Source: Octopus sinensis (taxonomy: Eukaryota). Taken from it: DNA of 64,000 nucleotides. Positions 25,126 through 37,230 of this stretch are shown here, in pieces (position 1 is the stretch's first letter; each line of letters opens with the position of its first letter). The notes under the pieces were generated by a model that did not search any database, was not told the origin of the DNA, and was given only the letters and a program-made list of their open reading frames with translations. The translations under genes were made by a program, and so were the position numbers. The stretch is from contig NC_043012.1 in NCBI RefSeq assembly GCF_006345805.1, forward strand, positions 42,036,001 to 42,100,000, in the 5' to 3' direction.

Positions 25126-26255
25126 TTATTCTTTGTCTTCCTCATCCGGGACCCCAAATAAGTTTTCTGCCGCCTGCACCGGCAGGCCCGGACCGAGGGA
25201 AACAAAATCTTCTTTGTTACAGGTCTTCCTGACCTCAATCAGTTCTTTCTGATTTATGACCTCTGCAGCCACATGCGGAGGCCAACTTGGACAGGTCGAG
25301 TCATATCGCTTTCGGTCTAGTAGACTGTCCAAGTATAACTCCACAGGCCCTCCCTTGAGACAGAGAATGACAACCTCTTCCTCACAGAGAGAGGTCTCAT
25401 CCTGCTGTCAGTGGCACGGTTCCCACTGACAGAGCCTCTCGCTCCGGTGACACACTTCCCACCGGAGGAACATCGGATTCGTTCGACGGCACAGCGACAT
25501 CCGCTGACCGTCTCCCGTTTTTCTTCTTCCTCTTTCGGTTGCGGGAGTCGGGGCCTCCGTCGGCACAACCGAAGGGTCCTCCTCTCTCGCAACCTGCACG
25601 CCTCCTGGTGAGCAACGGTGGTTGCTCACCTTTCTCTTTCTTCTCGTTGAGGTCGACAACTCAATGACGTCCTCCGCTTCTCCCTGCAATGGGAGAGCGG
25701 AGGGCACCTTCCCCTTTTCCTGCTCCAGAGCCTTATCACGGCCCCGGGGGCAGTCCTTCGTTACATGGCCTGACTCCCGACACGAGAGATACTTGGGGGG
25801 GGCACCCTCCAGAATAACTGGATACCTGGAGCCAGCCATCCTCAAAAAGTCGGGGAAGGTCATTTTGCCTGCGGCCACTGGGGTCCACAGGGTCAAAGTT
25901 GCCTTTGCACCCTCCACCCACCCCAGTTGACCGCGGGCGTCACTCTTACATTTAAATTCTGCTACTTAGGTAATCCACAAGTCGCAGCACAAAACTTAAA
26001 TCCTGCGCCGTCTTCGCACTCCTTGCTTGAATGGTAAATCCAAAGGTACTGGCGCGAACACACCAAAAAACACAATTTTTTTTTTTTCCTGGAGGGAATA
26101 CGCCTCCCTAAAACACTATTCTCACTGCAAAGTGAGTCTTTTCGCAGGACCACAGGCAGGCAAATGTCTGGAACAGAGTGGAGTCTATTGCTCAACAAAA
26201 ATTATTAATTACAGAGCAACAAACTCCACTAAACCTCCAAAAAATAAAACAAAGA
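25126..26255 (-). mobile_element. Tx1/L1-like retrotransposon 5' UTR + degenerate ORF1 (gag-like)
   Basis: GC-rich segment with a decayed knuckle (Y)LSCRESGHVTKDCP, basic RKRKVS, C-terminal CPSWPPHVAAEV and a stop at ~25126, with frameshifts. No ORF2 follows. Confidence 0.7.
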
Positions 26256-26388
26256 CCTACCTGTGGTCGTGTTTCAAATGTTCAATTTTCCCGTCGCAAG
26301 ACGTGACTTCCAAGCAGCATGAAAAAATGCGAACTCTTCTATCAGTGAGGTAAGCAAAGCTACTTAGCACAAAGCGCCTGTATGTATA

Positions 26389-26470
<82 letters not shown>

Positions 26471-26475
26471 TATAT

Positions 26476-26545
<70 letters not shown>

Positions 26546-26789
26546 TTTGGTATACTTATATATTTCGTCACAGTCGTTGTGGCAGCACTTGTTTCGCTTC
26601 GCTTATTTGACGCTGACTTATTAACGTCAGATGTTTTGAGTCGCAAGGTTGGTTAGTTTTGGTCAAAATGACATTGAATCGAAATCTCAAGCCCACAGCA
26701 ACAACAGCAACAATTAATGTGGTGACTACCACTACCGCTACTACTGTCATTGCAACCACTACTACGACGACGACGACCACACTTTCCCT

Positions 26790-28530
26790 CGATTAGGCTG
26801 TCATCTTTTTGCCTTTTTTTTGGCGGTGATGGTGATGAGGATGATGGTGGCGCTGATGGTCATGGTGGTGGTGTTGTTGTTTGTGGTGATGATGATGATG
26901 ATGATGGTGATGGGGTTGGTGGTGGTAATGATGGTGCTGATCGTGCTTTTTGTGGTGGTGGTGGTGATGGTGATGATGATGATGATGATGATAATGATGA
27001 TGATTAAGATGATGATGGTGATGGTGATGGTGGTGGTGGTGGTGTTGATGATGCTCATGATGATGATGATGATAATGATGCTCGTGTGGTGATGATGATG
27101 ATTGTGGTGATGATGATGAAGATGATGATGATGACGATAATGATGATGTTGCTGATGGTGGTGGCGATGTTGGTGGTCGTGATGGTGGTGTTGTTGATGG
27201 TGGTGGTGATGAGGACGATAGTGGCGATTGTGGTGGAGCTGGTAGATATGAGTTTGATGATGATAATAATGATAATAGTGTTGGTGAAAGTGGTGATTGT
27301 GCTGGTCAACATCATCATCATCACCAACACCACTGTCATCACCATCATCATCATCATGACCAGCAATTCCACCCCACCATCACCATCATCATCATCACCA
27401 CCACCACCATCGCCATCACCATCATCATCATCATGAACATCGTCATAAACATCATCATAATCACCAACACCACCACCATCATCATCATCATCACCACCAC
27501 CATCAGCAACATCATCATTATTGTCATCATTTTCATCATCATCCTTATCATCATCATCACAACCACCACCACCACCACCATCATCTTCAACATTGCCACT
27601 CCTAGAACTATCATCATCTTCACCACCATGCCCACAACCACCTCCACTACCAGAACTATCCTCATCATCATCATTGTCATCATCACCATGTCCAGCACGA
27701 ACACCACCTTCATCACTACCACCACCATCACCATCATCATCATCATCACCATCACCACCACGACCACCACCATCACCAGCATCACCATAATCATCATCAC
27801 CATCATCATCATTATTTTCATCATTATCATCATCATCAATATCATCGTCGTCATCATGAGCAACACTGCCATCACCACCAACATCATCATCATCGTCGTC
27901 TTCATCAGCACCATCATGATGATCATGAACACCATCATCATCATCATAATCCTCATTATCATCATCACCATCACCATCATCATCATTAATATAATCACCA
28001 ACCATCATCATCATCGTCTTTATCATCACCATCATCATTATAAACATCATAATCCACACTACCCCCATCACGATGAACATCATCATCATCACCACCACCT
28101 TGAACACCACCATCAACACTGCCATCACCATCACCATTATTATCATCATCACCACCATCATGATCACCAAAATCATGATAATCAACACCACCACCATCAC
28201 CCTCACCATCATCAACATCACCTTCTACATCACTATCATCATTATTATCTCCATAATTATCATCATCCTCATCAAGATTATCATCATCATCACCATCATC
28301 ACATCCACCACCACCACTGCCATCACCAGCATCATCATCATAATCATAATCATCTCCACCACTACCATCATCATTATTGCCATCATTATCAACATCATGA
28401 TAATCATCATCATCATCACCATCAACATTATCATTCATCATCACCATCATCATCTTCACCACTTTGCTTCAGTATTGTTCCTCTCATTCATCACTGATGA
28501 CAAATAAACTCACCAACATCATCATCATTA
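26790..28530. repeat. Long degenerate trinucleotide tract (GAT/GGT then CAT/CAC) with a polarity switch near 27305
   Basis: Read directly. It produces spurious poly-I/T/H/D/M ORFs in many frames. Confidence 0.95.
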
Positions 28531-28539
28531 TTATTATCA

Positions 28540-28940
28540 AGCTAATCACATTCTAATTTAATCAGGAGGAATGTTATTTTGAGGTTTGGTGACAACAAGT
28601 CACCTCAAATATCAAGAATCTTTCTTCGGATTCCTGCAGAATACACGATGGTATGTTTCTGCAGGTCATCAATGCAAATTTCAATTCCAATTCCTTTCAG
28701 TGTTTTTGGTAGCATTTTAAGTGTTGTGCCAAGAGCACCAATTCCTACAGGAATAATTGTTGTCTTCGTCCTACACTCTCTCCTCAGCTCTCTGGTTAGA
28801 TCCTGATGTTTCTCAGTTTCTTAAATCTCTTTGCTATCAGCCCTGCTATCATAAAGAATTGCAAAATTTATGACCTTACGCATATTTTTGTCCTCAAAAA
28901 TCATGTCCGGTCTTCTTGCTTCAATAGTATGGTCAGTCAT
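28540..28940 (-). mobile_element. R4-like REL endonuclease 3' fragment (family 4)
   Basis: TDHTIEARRPDMI...KHQDLTREL...IIPVGIGALGT, a (TAA/TGA)-type tail at the 28510-28540 side and a G20 run at the truncated 5' end. Confidence 0.78.
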
Positions 28941-29207
28941 GGGGGGGGGGGGGGGGGGGGTCCTATAAACAAGATCCTGTAATTCTCATTCTTTGTCACT
29001 CTATCATTACCAATAATCATGATAATGGTCAGTGAATGATGATGATGGCCATGATTATGGTATGTTTATGAGGAGGAAACATAAAGACTCCAAAAGCAAT
29101 TCCTTATTGATTTTCACAAGAATTTATTTCTTAGAAATTTCCAAAACTAGAAAAGAAAAAAAACACTGATAAAGACTAAAGAGTTCCTGATCATATATAT
29201 CAATACC

Positions 29208-29283
<76 letters not shown>

Positions 29284-29388
29284 CGCACATATATAAACAC
29301 ATACACACACTCTGAGATACTACCCAGATTGCAGTAAATCTAAAAGATGTGGTGTCCTGCTTTCTGTCTTTGGAAATCAGTCAATAAT

Positions 29389-29492
29389 TTATTTACAAGT
29401 TCTTCTAGTCCTCTTGTCCCAAGAGAAATTTGCTGCATAAGATTTCTTCTTGTGAGTTCGCACTTGTTTAGGCTCCACAAAGAAATTCCAAC
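29389..29492 (-). CDS. NDUFS4: NADH dehydrogenase [ubiquinone] iron-sulfur protein 4, exon 5 (terminal)
   Basis: ttcttgcag acceptor, then (G)WNFFVEPKQVRTHKKKSYAANFSWDKRTRRTCK*, matching the NDUFS4 C-terminus KSYGANFSWNKRTR. Confidence 0.95.
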
Positions 29493-29651
29493 CTGCAAGA
29501 AATTAGGGAAAGATTCTTAGAAAGAAGGACAAAGACTAACACTGACATAAAAATATGTAGTTTTTATAATGTCAGGGACTTGTTGATTGGAGAACAGCCC
29601 CTAGTAGCATGTTATTTTCATATTTCTTGTGACCAAGGATTATATATATAT

Positions 29652-29800
29652 AGGAAGGGCATCCAGCCGTAGAAACACTGCCAGATTTGACTGGGCCTGA
29701 TGAAGCCTTCTGGCTTCACAGACCCCAGTAGAACCGTCCAACCCATGCTAGCATGGAAAACGGACGCTAAATGATGATGATGATGATGATGATGATGATC
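29652..29800 (+). mobile_element. 3' end of an RTE-type LINE/SINE with (GAT)n tail
   Basis: ggaagggcatccagccgtagaaac...ccaacccatgctagcatggaaaacggacgctaaatgatgatgat. Related fragments lie at 32515-32640 and 37545-37590. Confidence 0.65.
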
Positions 29801-30037
29801 CTTGGTTGGTGTTCAAAAAGGCATCCAGCCCCAGAAACCATGCCAAAGCAAACAGTAGAGCTTGGCATAGTTATGTAGGTGACCAGCAGCCAAAAGGGAC
29901 GGCAGATATTAAATGATGGTGGAAAGTTGGACGGAACAAACAGAAATTCAAATCAACATATAAGTGTGTGTGTGTGTGTCATTGTAAATATAGTCTATCA
30001 GCACAGTTATCTCTCTTTCACATATATATATATATAA

Positions 30038-30830
30038 TCACTAGCTTAGGGTGACTCGCTCTACGCGCGGGTAAGAGTGTGGTTGTTACTTTCTGTTGCT
30101 TCCTTTCTGTTTTTTATCACCACATTCTCCCTCTTTGTTTCTCTCCCACTCTCTTACTCTTCCTTTCTCTCGGACTCTCCCTCACTTTCTCTTACTCTCT
30201 ATCTTTCTCTATCTAACTCTCTCCCATTTATAAACAAAAGATCTTGAGTAAGTTGAGAAAGAAAATAGTTTGAAAGATCAATCATAAATATCAGGCAGTG
30301 ACAACGGAAAGGTCTGCTTCAAGGCAGACAGCAAAACACTAACATTTAAAAGGGACTGACGAACTTGCGAGCTGAATAAAAAAAAAAAAATATTGGAAAC
30401 CAATGTTTGAAGGGATAGAATCTGAGGATAGTAGAGTCATCATGGCTGGCATTTCTTAACGACGGACAGCAACGTAGTGGCAGTTTAATGGCTGGCGTAA
30501 AATTTTGAACTTGATGTAAAAGAAAATTCCTAAACACCAAGTTTTGAAGTGATTCTTTCTAACGACAGTAGACTCACCATGGCAAGCATTCAAAACTTCT
30601 TCATGATGGACGGCAACACATTGAAGATTTAAAGGCTGGCACAAATTTTTTAGCTTGAATGTAAGAGAATTCCTAAACACCCGCTCCTGTAAATTTTAAT
30701 CTCCTTCCAGCCCCATTTAGACCCCTTTACACATTTTGGTTAATATAACCCAATTTCATTCAGGTCTACTCAGGCCACATTTTATAAGATGAGGAATTTT
30801 GTCCTAGAGGTCACGTCTTTCATTTGAGGG
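30038..30830 (+). mobile_element. Possible non-autonomous Helitron/Helentron-like element with diverged ~140-bp internal tandem units
   Basis: Starts TCACTAGC with a GC-rich hairpin-like cgctctacgcgcggg, then a CT-rich tract and two diverged units ending aattcctaaacacc (~30395-30680). The 3' end is not identified. Confidence 0.4.
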
Positions 30831-31001
30831 AAAAAAATAGTTGCCATGCAAACTCGCCAGCACTTTTAACATAGGTGCGCATATTTTCAGCTCAACTGAC
30901 CACATAATGCACACACACATATATATATATGTACATATATACACATTATATATATGTGTGTGTACGCATTATATATACAAATGTATACTAATTATATATA
31001 T

Positions 31002-31054
<53 letters not shown>

Positions 31055-32013
31055 CAGATATACACACTTTGTATATATACATTATATATACATATTTATA
31101 TATAGAACACACACACACACACATAAATTAACCCAATAAATATCTGATATTTGTTCTCATAATTGTGTAGTGGTGGTGGCAATAATAGTTTTCTCTATGA
31201 ATGCAGACAGACATCGAGAGAGAGAGAGGATGTGGTAGAAAGAGTGAATGCGGCAGGGGAAAGATAGTAGACGTTGTCAAACGACGTTATAGAGAGAAAG
31301 TGAAAGGAAGGGAGGAAAGAGAGACAGAGGAAGACAGACAGATAAGAGAATGAGAGAAGACTTGTCAAAGTGTGTTTTTTACCCTAGTAACCACACCTTT
31401 TAAGATATGGATTTCTAACCTAGCTCACTAACATCCTCACCTCATTTTACATGTCCCTGTAAATTTTGGAGTCAATCCGACGGGATCTAGTGCCCTTTAA
31501 CTTGTTCCAATGCCAAAACGAGACAAACTTTTTGCATTTCAGATTTATAGATATTGATTATTATGATTGAGATACATACATACATACATACATACATACA
31601 TGCACGCACGCATGCATGCACACACACACATACACACACATACATACAGACAGACAGACAGAGTACAGATGGCTTTTGGTGGGGACACATAGAGCCAAAA
31701 TTTGTTGAAAGGCTTTTCAACTCCACAATGCAGTTTATGGTAACTTGGTAGTTGTTTGATAGAACAGCACAAACCTTCAGACTCTGAGTTCAAATCCTGC
31801 AAAGACCAACTTTGCCATTCATCTTTCCAGGGTTGATAAAGGACCAACCTAGCACAAGGGTTGGTCCCTCATCTACTTTTCTCTCTCTCTCTCACACACA
31901 CACACAATCAACTACACAATTCAAATCCATGCTCTAAGCCCGATAGGACACAAGCACTACACAGACCATTCTTCTTCCTTAAAACCAAGATAACAGTTTA
32001 ATAATATATTTAC

Positions 32014-32087
32014 CATTTTTCTCACAATATTCTACAGCATCTTCTTGGCTTGCAAAATCCAGTTTCATGTTTGATAAAGGATCAGCT
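32014..32087 (-). CDS. NDUFS4: NDUFS4 exon 4
   Basis: tttctag/GTAAAT. The 74 nt encode (T)ADPLSNMKLDFASQEDAVEYCEKN(G). Confidence 0.96.
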
Positions 32088-32950
32088 CTAGAAATTCAAT
32101 AAAATTGATAATATTGACACATTGTTGAATTATTATTATTATCATCATTATTGCTGTGACTGTCTTTTTTTCCTTCCTTCTCATTTCAGAAATAATATAA
32201 CTAAGAGTGTATTGTCCAATATGTTCCTCTCTCTGACAACAACCCTTAACCTTCCTATTTGACATCCCTTCTTTCCCCCTTTAATCAATGCAGCAATGCT
32301 GCTTCTTTTTCTAATATCTGAAAGCTTTGTAAAACCTTCAACCACTACATACAATCCGCAGCCACTCTGTACCATGCCCCATGCTGATGGTATGTTATTT
32401 AACTATTCAACATATATTTCCATTTTTAAAGATGACAGGTTAAAAAACACCCCCAAGCCAGTCCATGTAAAAACACCATGGTGGTGCCATGTAAAAAGCA
32501 CCCTGTAAAGTGGTTGCCATTAGGAAGGGCATCTGGCCATAGAACCAAGCCAAATCAAACTGGAACCTATTACAGCTCTGGTCAAACCATCTAGCCCATG
32601 CTAGCATGGCTTGGATATTTTTGATGGACATCAAAGGATGAATAGGAGGAGAATGTGATTTGAGAGAGATTTGACTGTTATTTCTAAAAGATAGACTGAC
32701 CATGCCGCAGCTCCTTCCTTCACTGGCTCAACATTTATAATGTTTAAAACCATTTTATAAGAACTGATGTTTGCTTCGATCACTCACTGTTTCATAAGGT
32801 AAATCTTTTAACAAAACTCACAGCATCAACTACTAATTTTCCTTAAAAATTGAAAAGAAAATTTTTTTTTTATCAGAGGTTAAAGAAGAAAAATCAGAGG
32901 TTAAAGAATAAAAATATCAGAGGTTAAAGAATAAAAATAAAAACACTTAC

Positions 32951-33126
32951 GTGGAGCACCAACCCATGAGGGGATTCTCCCATCTACCTTGAGTGTCGAA
33001 TTCAATCATCCACCTTCGTGTGCCAAAGCTACCACTTTGCATGGCATTACGAGCAGGAACATAAATACGAGCCATACGTGTCTTAACCTCTTCTTCTGGG
33101 ACTCCATTTAAAGATGACACATCCAC
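32951..33126 (-). CDS. NDUFS4: NDUFS4 exon 3
   Basis: gtgtag/GTAAGT. The 176 nt encode [58 protein letters not shown](T), with hallmark PARNxMQSG and RWENPLMGW. Confidence 0.98.
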
Positions 33127-33480
33127 CTACACAGTGTAAGGGAGAGTCAATGCATTAATAAGAATTTCTGAAATTCAGTCAAGCTCATTATAATACCAGA
33201 GTCAATTAAACCAACCCCACACTCCTCATTATTCTTTTCAGACAGGCACAACTGTGGCTGTGTAGTTGAGAAGTTTGCTTCACAACCTCATGCCTTTAGG
33301 TTCTGTCACACTGTGCTGCAGCTTAGGCAAGTGTCTCCAAACTGACTAAAGCCTGATCAGTGGATTTGGTCAACAGAAACCAAAGGAAACCCTTCATATA
33401 TGAATATGCATGTATGTGCGTATTCTTGTCTTGACATACAAGTGTTAGAAATGACATATAGATATACATACAGCCAAATA

Positions 33481-35098
33481 GATAAAATGACTCTAAGAAG
33501 AATTTTCAGCACGTACAAAGCCTGACGGATGTTTTGAGAGAATGTAGGTTGGTATGGGTGAGTTAATTGCAACCTTAACAATCATCTAAATTTCTCTCAT
33601 CAGAGTTAATCTGAGAGGATTTATAAAAGAATTATTTTATTTCTTAAAGTCTTAAACAACATGAGAAATTTTTAAGAAATTCAGTCTGGATTGGTCTATT
33701 ATAACGGAAACCACACCATACAATACACACACCAGAAATTGTAAATTATGCACAAAACAATCAATATACTCCGAGCTGACAAAAATATTTTACTTAACCC
33801 ATGCGTCGCAAATGTATCTTTTTAGAACCAGATAAGTATACTCGGTCAAAATTAACTTTTAATTTTAGCGCTCAAATGAGTTTATTTGTTTTGTGTCGTT
33901 TCATTTTTGAGCAATCACAAATTTACTCATGCTGTTGTACGCCTTGGCAGCACATATTCTGGTGCCATTTCAAAGAATTTCTGCTTCTGAGTTTTGAACT
34001 TTTACTTCAGAGCATACTCAAATTCAGGAGGAGGTTGATGTCATTTTAGAACCGTCTCGTTTTGATTATCTATTATTTATACAAATAAGAAAATTATTTA
34101 CACATTTTTTTCCTCAAAATGGATGAAGATTTAGATCTATTCAGCGATCACGAAAGCGATTTTTCCTTTCCCAATCTGGAAAGCTCCGGGGATGAATTAG
34201 ACATATTTTTCTGACAATTTTTCAGAAGATGACAAAGAAGATAATCAGATAGATGCACGTGCATGGCACGAAATCAATTGCTCGTCCGATTCGAAGAGAA
34301 AGCAGATACATGTGTGATGTCTGCAAGATAACTTTGTGTGTAACTCCTTGTTTTAAAAATTATCATTCTAAATAAACTGTCAATCTCAGTTTTTAAAAAT
34401 TTTCCTTTGATTTAAAAGCAATACATCTTATAAAAAATTGAAGATAATTAAGTTATATGTATTTTTCCAATGTCCGAGTTAATTCGTTTAAATCCAAACA
34501 AGTAAAAGTACATTTTAATTTCTATAATAAAAAATAAAGGAAACAAGATAAACTTTTTTTTGTAATTAACACAGTGTATATAATTAAAAAAGGAAATAAA
34601 AAAATATGCTCTGAAATGAAATGCCATGTCAAAATAATGGATCCATTAAGGGGTTAATAAGATCTCGGATGTCATTATTCTTTGTAGACATAAATATTTA
34701 TCAACTTTAAAATTCTTTTCCAAAAATAATTAGTTTATATGATTTTAACCTATTTAACCTTTGTGCGTTTTGATTCATCTTAAAACACTATTATCAATAG
34801 CTTCATAATCTATTCAAACATGCAAACTCAACTCTTATTATATAATATAGCATTCGCCTGAACAGTATGTTCTTTTGACACAGCATTCAAATTTTTAAAA
34901 TTCTTAAAAATTTCTCATGTTGTTTAAGACTTTAAGAAATTAAATAATTCTTTTATAAATCCTCTCAGATTAACTCTGATGAGAGAAATTTAGATGATTT
35001 TTAAGGTTGCAATTAACTCACCCATACTAACCCACAATCTCTCAAAACGGCCGTCAGGCTTTGTACGTGCTGAAGATTTTCTTTAAAATCATTTTATA
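33481..35098. repeat. ~200-bp inverted repeat pair (33481-33680 / 34899-35098) with ~1.2-kb spacer
   Basis: The central ~120 nt differ at only two positions by my reading. Confidence 0.92.
33798..34653 (+). mobile_element. Internally deleted piggyBac-like element
   Basis: TTAA|CCC...GGG|TTAA ends. An acidic N-terminus MDEDLDLFSDHESD (34119) is fused close to a piggyBac-type Cys-rich tail RYMCDVCKITLCVTPCFKNYH*. The TIRs match poorly beyond CCC. Confidence 0.68.
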
Positions 35099-35439
35099 CC
35101 AACTTTCTCATTTATTTGGATTATCGCTTTACATTCACCATATTTCAATATACTCATTGATTTTAATACAGAGATACATCCTTGCAAGTACATTCATATA
35201 TTTATATTTTTATGTATTTACATATTTTTATATTATATTATGTATATGTGAATGCACCTATGTTGGCTGTGAAGTATTCCAAGGCTTTGAAACATACTGA
35301 GTGATTAAGAACACTGACCTTTCTTGACTTTATATTCCTGGTGCTCTGTTACAGCGCTAATTAGTTGGGCTGTATAAGGGAATAATTATCCGATTTCTTC
35401 ATTATTCTACACATACATACATACATATATATATATTAC

Positions 35440-36330
35440 ATGAAGGAGTCATACCCAATGACTGGTGTAGCAGCACCATAGTCAACTGCTACAAAGGTAA
35501 AGGTGATGCATTAGATACGAATAATTATAGAGGTATTAGGCTGTTGGATCAAGTAATGACGGTCACGGAGAGGGTCATAGCCCAACTAATTAGAGAGAGA
35601 GTCAGTCTAGACGAGATGCAGTTTGGGTTTGTGCCAGGGAAAAGCACCACTGATGCTATATTTCTGGTAAGACAGCTGCAGGAGAAATACCTAGCCAAAG
35701 ATAAACCCCTGTAACTGGCTTTTGTTGACATGGAGAAAGCCTTTGACAGGGTCCCCCAATTCCTTATCTGGTGATCAATGAAGAAACTAGGGATAGATGA
35801 ATGGTTAGTGAGAGCTGTGCAAGCCATGTACAGGGACGCTGTCAGTGAGGGTTGGCAACGAGTACAGTGAAGAATTCCAGGTAGAAGTAGCGGTCCACCA
35901 AGGTTCAGTCCTCAGACCCCTCCTATTCATCATAGTTCTCCAGGTAATAACAGAGGAAATCAAGACAGGATGCCCCTGGGAGCTTCTCTATGCTGATGAC
36001 CTTACTCTAACTGCTGAGTCACTATCAGAACTAGAGGAGAAGTTTCAGGTGTGGAAACAAGGATTAGAATCGAAGGGCCTTAGAGTCAACCTAGCTAAAA
36101 TCAAAGTCTTAATAAGTAGGAAGGCAGGCAAACCACAAATCCCTTCAGGTAGATGGCCCTGCTCGATCTGTAGAAAAGGCATAGGTAGAAACTCTCTAAG
36201 ATGTACCCAGTGTAAGCTATGGACACATAAGAGGTGCAGTAATATCAAAGGAAGGCTAACTGGGAAGATAGCTTTGTATGTGGCAGATGCTCGGGAGCAA
36301 TAAACACTGAAAATGTGCAGAGACCAACTT
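35440..36330 (+). mobile_element. RTE-clade LINE reverse transcriptase fragment
   Basis: NYRGIRLL, QFGFVPGKSTTDAIF, FVDMEKAFDRV, QGSVL and LLYADDL motifs, with stops and a deletion. Confidence 0.92.
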
Positions 36331-36422
36331 TGATGTATTTTTTCAAGTATTTCTTGACAGTATTGAAGCAGATAACTTTGTGATATTTTTTGAAGCAGAC
36401 AGTCATTTGTTTTATATATGTG

Positions 36423-37230
36423 CAGGTGCAATGGCCCAGTGGTTAGGCAGCGAGCTGGCAGAAATGTTAGCATGCCGGGCAAAATGCTAAGCGGTATTTT
36501 GTCTACCACTACGTTCTGAGTTCAAATTCCACCAAGGTCAACTTTGCCTTTCATCCTTTCAGGGTCGATTAAATAAGTACCAGTTACGCACTGGGATCGA
36601 TATAATCAACTTAATCCGTTTGTCTGTCCTTGTTTGTCCCCTCTGTGTTTAGCCCCTTGTGGGTAGTAAAGAAATAGAAATAGGTTAGGGCAGCAGATTC
36701 GCGGTTTTGAGTCCCAGACTGAACATTCTGAGTGTTTATTGAGCGAAAACACCTAAAGTTCCACAAGGCTCCAGCAGGGGCAGTAGTGAACCCTGCTGTA
36801 TTCTTTCAACTTTCTCTCACTCTTTCTTACTGTTTCTGTTATACCAGCATTTCAAAGGGCCAGCCTTGTTACACTCTGTGCCACGCTGAATCTCATTAAC
36901 CCTTTCGTTACCGACCCAGCTGAAACCGGCTCTGGCTCTGACGTACAAATGTTTTGTTTACATAAGTTTTGAATTAAATTTTTCCGCCAAACCTTAGTCA
37001 CAATTTATGTTCCTAACACTAACTAAGTTATTTTACTAAATTCTTTTTTATATTTAAAGTAATTGAAAGAAACACAGAGCATCTCAAAATAAATACAGTA
37101 ACGAAAGGGTTAAGGGTACACGTGTCTGTGGAGTACTCAGCTACTTGCACGTTAATTTCATGAGCAGGATGTTCCATTGATCAGATCAACTGGGATCCTC
37201 ATCGTCATAACCGATGGAGTGCCTCAATAT
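36423..37230 (+). mobile_element. tRNA-derived SINE family D, interrupted by SINE B (36450-36680) and a piggyBac MITE
   Basis: Head ggtgcaatggcccagtggttagg. The duplication ggttagg(g)cagc flanks the inserted SINE B, and the body resumes at ~36680. Confidence 0.65.
36900..37109. mobile_element. piggyBac-type MITE (210 bp)
   Basis: TTAA target duplication (36896-36899, 37110-37113) and TIRs CCCTTTCGTTAC / GTAACGAAAGGG. Confidence 0.9.

Noticed and set aside
26801-28507. Long ORFs of 215-388 aa (poly-M/V/D, poly-I/T/H)
   Set aside because: They are translations of a stop-free trinucleotide tract, open in several frames on both strands, with no domain or splice support.
29695-29730. CTGATGA followed by a stem, resembling a hammerhead core
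   Set aside because: No GAAA follows stem II. It is the stem-loop of an RTE-type 3' end.
34965-34995. CTGATGAGAGAAA hammerhead-like string
   Set aside because: There is no stem II between the core halves and no stem III or cleavage triplet. It is part of the AT-rich inverted repeat arm.
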